Source: a virus. From it: a stretch of DNA of 64,000 bases. The position numbers and the translations under genes are program-made. Under the pieces are notes generated by a model. That model was not told the DNA's origin, made no database searches, and was given only the letters and a program-made list of their open reading frames with translations. Location: IMG/VR virus record IMGVR_UViG_3300025131_011243, positions 32,001-96,000 of that record. One strand, written 5' to 3'. Positions 57,923 through 64,000 of the stretch are shown here, piece by piece (within the stretch, counting starts at the first letter, position 1; every line of letters begins with the position of its first letter).

Positions 57923-58514
57923 GCTGCATACCTCGCATCAACTTAACGTCGCTGTCTCTCAAGAATTTCATCCACTCGTCAGGCATACTTCTCAACCTTC
58001 GAGCAAACAAAGGACTCCAAGAAGGCTTGAAAGGCTTACGAATAAGCTTCAATCCCATCTCTTCGGGAGTTTTATCTCCCTTTGCGTGGTTTAGACGTTT
58101 ACTGGTCCAAACAACGTTCTGCCAGTCGTTTCCTCCGCCCCTGGACGTTGGGACGACATGGTCAACAGAACCATCTCTAATAGGAAAGATGTCTCCCGTA
58201 TACTGGCATACACGGTCTCGCAAGTAGACGTTCCTCTTCGAGTACTGAATCTCGTAGATAGGAATGTCTCGGTAATTGATAGCCATGGCCACCTTAGGAG
58301 CCCTGGCCTTCCTGTCTCTGGTCAGACGAATGAAGGTTTTATCTCCGACCGGAAGAGTTTCCCATGTCTCCCAATCGTAGGTAGTGTAATTATCCTCATC
58401 AACGAATTGCATAGTGCCGATGAAAACTTTGGTAATTACGTCTTCAACGTTCATGACAGTTACAGGTGTGAAGTTTCTGTTCAGAATCAATACCGGATCT
58501 TGCAATACAGACAT
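57903..58514 (-). CDS. HNH endonuclease (McrA-like)
   Basis: VLILN, RNVYLRD..CQYTG, DHVVPTSRGG..W.NVV, N..KGDKTP. Confidence 0.9.
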   Translation of the reverse strand: MSVLQDPVLILNRNFTPVTVMNVEDVITKVFIGTMQFVDEDNYTTYDWETWETLPVGDKTFIRLTRDRKARAPKVAMAINYRDIPIYEIQYSKRNVYLRDRVCQYTGDIFPIRDGSVDHVVPTSRGGGNDWQNVVWTSKRLNHAKGDKTPEEMGLKLIRKPFKPSWSPLFARRLRSMPDEWMKFLRDSDVKLMRGMQLALAAG

Positions 58515-58542
58515 TTTACTACTCCATTTCTCAAGGTTCCCC

Positions 58543-59058
58543 TTACAAATATTTGTTCCATTCGCTAATCATCCTTGGATTGATGTCAACGAACCTGATG
58601 TCAATTAGATGGGTGTAGTTTTTAGCTATCCCCATCATTATCCTTGCTACCGAACTTGCCTCTAATCCTCCGATGCCAGTCCCCAACCCAGGAAAAGCAA
58701 TACTTTCCATCTCATCTTTAATCGCTTGGTTCAACACTTTTCGCATTGCCTTGTCTACAATATCAAGACTGGTAAAGCCTCCGGGGTATTTCATCGTTAC
58801 CGCATGGTACACCCTTTTTACCCCTCGTCTTTTTAGCCGATGAGGTTCAGTCGAGTAACAGTCTCCTGGTTCGAACGGCTTACCATGAACATCTACCTTG
58901 CCTTTTGCTTCTCTGCGAAAATTCTGCCCTCCTGCTTCGGCTATCGCTCCTGCCGCACCGGCTCCCATTATACCAACCCCATTCGCTGGACTGACTAAAG
59001 CGTCGGTCTTGGGTTTGGTAATATTTGCTTTATCGCCTTCAACGATTTTAATCGCCAT
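58543..59058 (-). CDS. Macrodomain (ADP-ribose binding/hydrolase)
   Basis: IVEGD, DALVSPAN...MGAGAAGAI, VYHAV, SIAFPGLGTGIGG. Confidence 0.9.
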   Translation of the reverse strand: MAIKIVEGDKANITKPKTDALVSPANGVGIMGAGAAGAIAEAGGQNFRREAKGKVDVHGKPFEPGDCYSTEPHRLKRRGVKRVYHAVTMKYPGGFTSLDIVDKAMRKVLNQAIKDEMESIAFPGLGTGIGGLEASSVARIMMGIAKNYTHLIDIRFVDINPRMISEWNKYL

Positions 59059-59101
59059 GCCGGTCTCCCAATTGTTTATAGGATATCGAGAGAAAAGGCA
59101 C

Positions 59102-59947
59102 TTAATACGGCTGTTCTGCGCCTGTCTGGTCTTCAAAGATGCGCATAACATCCGTCCCGAAATAATCGGGGTTGCGCTCTATCTTATTTCGCAACCTTGA
59201 AAGGATATCTTTGTGCATCTGACTAACCCTCGACTCTGAGAGATTTACCTTATCAGCTACCTGACCCATTGTCAGGGATTCATAATAGTAATAGTAAACG
59301 ATTTTTTGTTCAACCCTAGAAAAGCTTTTTCCCATTAATTTTGAGAAAAATTCTCGCCTCATCAGACCATTTCCGGGCATTTCCGTATGAGTGTCCTTGA
59401 GCATATCGTTGTAATCCGAATGTCCCTCCCCCATACCCTCGCTCCCAGCTTCCTGAGAATGATTGTTGGAATGATCAAGACTAGCGACATAAACAGAAGA
59501 AAACTTCTTCAAACTATGATTGAGATTCTTATCCTCGATCCCCATCTTTCTAAGAACTTCGATGTCGGATACAAACTCTCCACTTTCCGTTTGCATATGC
59601 TGCTTGGTTCTTTCGAACACGGATATATTCATTCTAACCGTACGAGGAACGATATCCTCCCGCCTCAATCCATCGATCATGGCACCTTTGATTCTAGGAC
59701 GGGCATAGATTTCGAACTTGACGTTGCGATCAGGGTCGTAGCCATCGATGGCATTGTATAGACCGTCTACTCCGAATGAAGCCAGTTCAGTAGGATGGAC
59801 TTTCCATCTCATTTTGGCCGCAAGTTTACCAGCTATCTTCTGGACATAGTTAAAGTAAAAGTCAACCAATTGCTGTTTGACTTTATCGTTCCTGGTCTCA
59901 AAATGCTGATCCCATAGCTGTTCAATTGAAACTTCAGTTTTCACCAT
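59102..59947 (-). CDS. fliA: FliA/WhiG (sigma28)-family RNA polymerase sigma factor
   Basis: GLYNAID.YDPDRNVKFE.YA..RIKGAMID.LRRED.VPR; LTM..VA....LSESRVSQMH. Confidence 0.9.
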   Translation of the reverse strand: MVKTEVSIEQLWDQHFETRNDKVKQQLVDFYFNYVQKIAGKLAAKMRWKVHPTELASFGVDGLYNAIDGYDPDRNVKFEIYARPRIKGAMIDGLRREDIVPRTVRMNISVFERTKQHMQTESGEFVSDIEVLRKMGIEDKNLNHSLKKFSSVYVASLDHSNNHSQEAGSEGMGEGHSDYNDMLKDTHTEMPGNGLMRREFFSKLMGKSFSRVEQKIVYYYYYESLTMGQVADKVNLSESRVSQMHKDILSRLRNKIERNPDYFGTDVMRIFEDQTGAEQPY

Positions 59948-60043
59948 TGTCTCTCCCTTCCATCCACACACACTAGCACCGATATAAACACTATCGGTTT
60001 TATGGGCGAAATATGTCAAGGTTTTTAGTTGAAAAAAAATAGC

Positions 60044-60072
60044 TTGGCATCCTCTCCCATTTCTGGTATACT
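60044..60072 (+). promoter_or_regulatory. sigma70-like promoter for pncB-nadE
   Basis: TTGGCA-N17-TATACT with TG extension; a divergent TTGACA at 60014-60019 faces the sigma gene. Confidence 0.65.
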
Positions 60073-60164
60073 CCCGTTGGATACATGGAGTTCGCCAGCC
60101 ATTAATTTAGTCCCAAATGGCAGGATTCCTTTGATAAACTTAGGTTTTTTCAGGAGTTGCGACT

Positions 60165-61367
60165 ATGGCGATCATCCAGAGCATCATTGATGACGACCTG
60201 TATAAACTGTCGATGCAGGCGGCTATCATGGCCCTTTACCCCAGAAACAAGGTTCGGTACAGGCTGTTCCTTAGAGACGACGTAGAATTCCCGGATGGGT
60301 TCGCAGCAGCACTCAGAGAAGAAGTCAACGCCATTGCGAAACTCGCATTGACTGATGATGAGAAACATTTCCTTTCTTTGTCATGTCCGTATTTTCCGCC
60401 GCCGTACCTTGACTTCCTTCATGGGTACAGGCACGATCCCAACGAAGTCAAGATTTCCCAGAGCGATGGAAAACTCTCGGTAGAAATCGAAGGCTACTGG
60501 TATCGAACGGTTCTTTGGGAAGTTAAGCTCATGGCTTTGATCAGCGAGTTGTATTTTGATCTCATTGGCGGCGACATCAAAATGACAAGGAATTGCATTG
60601 ACGGACCCGGCTTCTGGAAAGAACGTGCCGAAGACAAAGGTACGATCATTTACGACAACCAACTTCGTACCGCCGAGTTCGGTTCCCGCCGACGACGCTC
60701 ATTCCGATGCCAAGACATTGTTGTCGAGAATCTCAAAAAGATGTCTGGAGAATACTTGATCGGGACATCCAATGTTTATCTCGCAATGAAGCATGGGTTG
60801 AAAGCCATTGGAACGCAGGCTCATGAATGGTACATGTTCCATGCCGCTAAGTACGGCGTCCTCATGGCTAACTCAATGGGCATGGGGAAATGGGTAGACT
60901 TCTACCACGGAAGCTTGGGCATCGCTCTGCCCGATACATTCACGACTCAAGAATTCTTGCGAGTCTTTGATGGGTTCTACGCCAAGCTGTTCGATGGGAC
61001 TCGACAGGATTCCGGAGATCCATATGGATACGGCGAGACTATGGTGAAACACTACGAAGGTTTGGGTATCGATCCCATTACCAAATCTGTCGTTTTCAGC
61101 GATGGCCTGACCCTTACTGAAGCGATTCAGATCAAAAACGTTTTCCACGATCAGGTCAAAGATTCCTACGGTATCGGAACCCATTTTTCCAATGACGTTG
61201 GCGTCGTTCCTTTGAACATGGTGATCAAAATGGTTGGCATACATACCAATGGAGTCTGGGTTCCGACTTGCAAACTCAGCGATACCCCAGGCAAGCATAC
61301 TGGTGACGAAGACACGATCAAACTCTACAAAGAAGAGATCCGGAGGATGAATGGTGTCGCCACATGA
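60165..61367 (+). CDS. pncB: Nicotinate phosphoribosyltransferase
   Basis: DDDLYKLSM, EFGSRRR, GTSN, GTQAHEW, RQDSGDP, VFSDGL, GIGT, KLSDTPGK. Confidence 0.95.
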   Translation: MAIIQSIIDDDLYKLSMQAAIMALYPRNKVRYRLFLRDDVEFPDGFAAALREEVNAIAKLALTDDEKHFLSLSCPYFPPPYLDFLHGYRHDPNEVKISQSDGKLSVEIEGYWYRTVLWEVKLMALISELYFDLIGGDIKMTRNCIDGPGFWKERAEDKGTIIYDNQLRTAEFGSRRRRSFRCQDIVVENLKKMSGEYLIGTSNVYLAMKHGLKAIGTQAHEWYMFHAAKYGVLMANSMGMGKWVDFYHGSLGIALPDTFTTQEFLRVFDGFYAKLFDGTRQDSGDPYGYGETMVKHYEGLGIDPITKSVVFSDGLTLTEAIQIKNVFHDQVKDSYGIGTHFSNDVGVVPLNMVIKMVGIHTNGVWVPTCKLSDTPGKHTGDEDTIKLYKEEIRRMNGVAT

Positions 61368-63412
61368 AAATTGCCCTCATTCAGCTTGATGTCAAAGCTG
61401 GAGATCCTGCTCGCAACGTAAAGCGGATGATCAAGTATATCGATAAAGCCAAAGCAGGCGGCGTCGATATAGTTGCCTTCCCTGAACTTTGCATAGGCGG
61501 ATATCTCGTAGGCGATATGTTCAAACACCCATCGTTCTGCCAAGACTTAATGAGCTACAACGAAGATATCCTCAAGGCATCCGAAGGTATCGGAGTCATT
61601 TGGGGAAACGTCTACATGGACGAAACCAAACGGGGAGAAGACGGCCAACCCATGCTTTTCAATGCCGCCTTCTTCGCCATGGATGGCAAGTACGTTCCGA
61701 TGGTTGGCGGATGCGACTTCCTTCCCGGCATCATGTACATCAAGACGCTTCTTCCTAATTATCGGTTCTTCGATGACAAGCGGTACTTCACCAGTTCACT
61801 GACATACGCAAGACATGTAGGATGTAAACTTCCTTCGCTGATTAAACCTTTCTTGTTTGAAGCTCCATCTCAAAAGGGATTGGGACTCAAGCCATATCGA
61901 ATCGGCTTACAGTTGTGCGAAGACCTTTGGTGCGCCGACTATCAAGAAAGAAGAGAGTCCATCAACCCTGCTGGCATATTAACCAAACAAGGCGTTGACC
62001 TTATCATCAATCTATCTGCCTCTCCTTGGACCATGGGCAAGAATGAAGCCAGGGATCGGCGGATCGCATTCATTGCTAAGGAATGCGGCGATGAATTTGT
62101 ACCCTACTACTATGTTAACGCAACTGGCGCACAGAACAACGGCAAGAACATCGTGACATTTGACGGAGGATCAACCGTCTATGGAAAAGATGGAAAGCCA
62201 CGATGCCTCGCATCTGCTAACTTTGAAGAGAGTGACCACACCTATGTTCATGGATGTTTGATCGAGAACTCAAAAAGACTCGACATCATCAATACGCTTC
62301 CCGCTGTTCCAAGGGACAGCGACGAAACTTCGATTGAACAAAAGAAAAACGCTATCGTTCGAGGACTTCGTCACGTTCGCCATATGATGAGGTCCCCAAG
62401 CAATCCCAATGCGGTCCTCGGTATCAGCGGAGGTATCGACTCTGCCCTTGTTGCCTGCTTGCTTGTTGAAGCTTTTGGCAAAGATAAAGTCATCGGCGTT
62501 AATATGCCGACTGTCAATAGTTCTGAAGAAACCAAAAACGTATTCAATACGTTGGTTGATAATCTGGGCATAGAACATGCGATCATTCCTATTAACGAAG
62601 TTGTCAAACATGTAAATCTCGCCCTGCGCATTACAGTGAATTCCAGGATTACTCGTCATCAAAAAGATGGAGAGATCATTCCTCCCATTGTTCAAGAAAA
62701 CATCCAAGCCAAGATCCGTTCGACAGACATCCTTTCTAATCTCACCCAATCGATTGGAGAGGACAGAAAACAACCCACGATCTTCACCTGTAACGGCAAC
62801 AAGGTTGAGATCGCTTTGGGTTACGCTACTCTGTACGGAGACTGGGGTGGAGCGGTGGCCCCTATCGGAGATCTGACCAAAGCTGAAGTCTACCAAATGG
62901 CTCGTCTGTATCAAGCTATACCTCATCAACTTCTTCCGGATGATATTTACAAATTCGGCAAGGGAAAGATTCAACCCAGCGCAGAATTACAACCCCTGGC
63001 AAACAAACAAGTTGATCCCATTAAAGTAGGCTATCATTGTGCTATCATCAGAGAATTGACCAACTATACGATCTCAACGCCTGAGAATCTGGTTGAATGG
63101 TGGCTGGACGGAACGTTGCATGAAAAGCTGGATATCCCCATCGAGTTGATGAGGCTCCACATGGTTGATGATCCAGTCGTCTTTATTGAAGATCTACAAT
63201 GGTTAATGAAAAGAATCAATGGAGCGGTATACAAGAGAGTTCAAAGCCCTCCGATTATCATTACAAGCAAGACGGCTTATGGATATGATCGCCGGGAATC
63301 TATTCCTCTGGGAGTCCCGGTGACTCGCCGTTTTAAACAAGATCTGGTCCCAACTCTGATGGACTGGCCTCGCCGTTATCAGGAAGGTAAAGCTGAGGAT
63401 CAGAATCAATAG
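61364..63412 (+). CDS. nadE: Glutamine-dependent NAD+ synthetase
   Basis: Nitrilase domain (FPEL, KTLLPNY, CEDLW) plus LGISGGIDS, ENIQA, GNKVE..LGYATLYGD, PSAEL. Confidence 0.95.
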   Translation: MKIALIQLDVKAGDPARNVKRMIKYIDKAKAGGVDIVAFPELCIGGYLVGDMFKHPSFCQDLMSYNEDILKASEGIGVIWGNVYMDETKRGEDGQPMLFNAAFFAMDGKYVPMVGGCDFLPGIMYIKTLLPNYRFFDDKRYFTSSLTYARHVGCKLPSLIKPFLFEAPSQKGLGLKPYRIGLQLCEDLWCADYQERRESINPAGILTKQGVDLIINLSASPWTMGKNEARDRRIAFIAKECGDEFVPYYYVNATGAQNNGKNIVTFDGGSTVYGKDGKPRCLASANFEESDHTYVHGCLIENSKRLDIINTLPAVPRDSDETSIEQKKNAIVRGLRHVRHMMRSPSNPNAVLGISGGIDSALVACLLVEAFGKDKVIGVNMPTVNSSEETKNVFNTLVDNLGIEHAIIPINEVVKHVNLALRITVNSRITRHQKDGEIIPPIVQENIQAKIRSTDILSNLTQSIGEDRKQPTIFTCNGNKVEIALGYATLYGDWGGAVAPIGDLTKAEVYQMARLYQAIPHQLLPDDIYKFGKGKIQPSAELQPLANKQVDPIKVGYHCAIIRELTNYTISTPENLVEWWLDGTLHEKLDIPIELMRLHMVDDPVVFIEDLQWLMKRINGAVYKRVQSPPIIITSKTAYGYDRRESIPLGVPVTRRFKQDLVPTLMDWPRRYQEGKAEDQNQ

Positions 63413-63716
63413 CGTTGAGAAACTCAACTATTGTCCAAGTGACTCCTAAAACAGCAAATCCGGATATGGGCCACAAGAAATAGAAGCCCGAACAGGCATA
63501 TAGGATAGAATCGACTATCAGAGCCGCCCAGAATGAGGAACAGACCGTACAATCCAGCATTCTGGGCAATTTCCAATGAAGCTTATGAAGGGCTATTTTA
63601 AGCCTTAGTTTTATAGGTCGAATAGGCCATTCAGAGCCCTTCTCAGCGATTGCTATAGCTAACCCATAAGATGCCATCATGGATATGATGAAATAGATTA
63701 GGAGCGATCCTAGCAT
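63333..63716 (-). CDS. Membrane protein with CxxC (DUF1360-like)
   Basis: Three hydrophobic segments; LDCTVCSSFW. Confidence 0.6.
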   Translation of the reverse strand: MLGSLLIYFIISMMASYGLAIAIAEKGSEWPIRPIKLRLKIALHKLHWKLPRMLDCTVCSSFWAALIVDSILYACSGFYFLWPISGFAVLGVTWTIVEFLNAIDSDPQLYLPDNGEASPSELGPDLV

Positions 63717-63718
63717 GG

Positions 63719-63979
63719 TTACAGCCCCTTCTCCTTAAGCCTCTTCTGTACAACCTCCCATTTAGAGGGCTTTTTCTTATCTTCTTTCCTCTGAGACGAC
63801 AATTTCTGGTATCGATGCATGGCGAGCATCAATCTAGTAGCGTCTTCTCCTGTCCCGCCATTTTCAAAAGGAAATAACTCAAACCACCCCCAAGATTCCA
63901 AAAACTTGTACAACTCAAGTTCGTCTTTATCCAACCTATGAGCGGGAGAAGAAGCCGCCAGGCACATGCGATGGTACAC
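63719..63979 (-). CDS. Hypothetical protein (may extend past the window edge)
   Basis: ORF at the window end. Confidence 0.5.
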   Translation of the reverse strand: MYHRMCLAASSPAHRLDKDELELYKFLESWGWFELFPFENGGTGEDATRLMLAMHRYQKLSSQRKEDKKKPSKWEVVQKRLKEKGL

Positions 63980-64000
63980 GCCTTCTGCCCAGTCTTTGAC

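Noticed and set aside
1-64000. Genome-wide stop-codon reassignment
   Set aside because: MCP, portal, terminase, RNR, NadE and the 2306-aa ORF are intact under the standard code, and all three stops end real genes. The interruptions involve all three stop types.

Overview
This is a 64 kb slice of a large (jumbo-type) tailed bacteriophage genome, mostly coded on the minus strand. 1-24 kb is an accessory region: a GIY-YIG remnant, methyltransferases, an HpcH aldolase, IscA, a UvrD-like helicase, CYTH, GNAT acetyltransferases, ADP-ribosyltransferase-like domains, a GHKL ATPase and a structured tRNA-like RNA. 24-50.5 kb is the head module: LAGLIDADG HEG, major capsid, cement, a 2306-aa intein-containing prohead protease/scaffold, a portal with a C-terminal DUF559-like nuclease domain, many acidic head-associated proteins, an HNH HEG and the large terminase. 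50.5-64 kb holds TIGR03790, dUTPase, an intein-containing class II RNR, HNH, a macrodomain, a FliA/sigma28-like sigma factor, PncB and NadE. The strongest unexplained signal is that about a dozen unrelated proteins share an N-terminal peptide MNW[YF]K-x-[AS]-[QN], and five more share M[RK]xI[RK]TxG[YW]. The same K-x-A-Q signature recurs across the head proteins. This suggests a capsid-targeting/prohead-protease-cleavage tag that loads an interchangeable set of enzyme effectors into the virion. Many of these genes follow a shared AGG-N16-18-CGA(A/T) promoter-like motif that could be read by the phage's own sigma28-like factor. All functional calls come from motif recognition by eye; no database searches were run.
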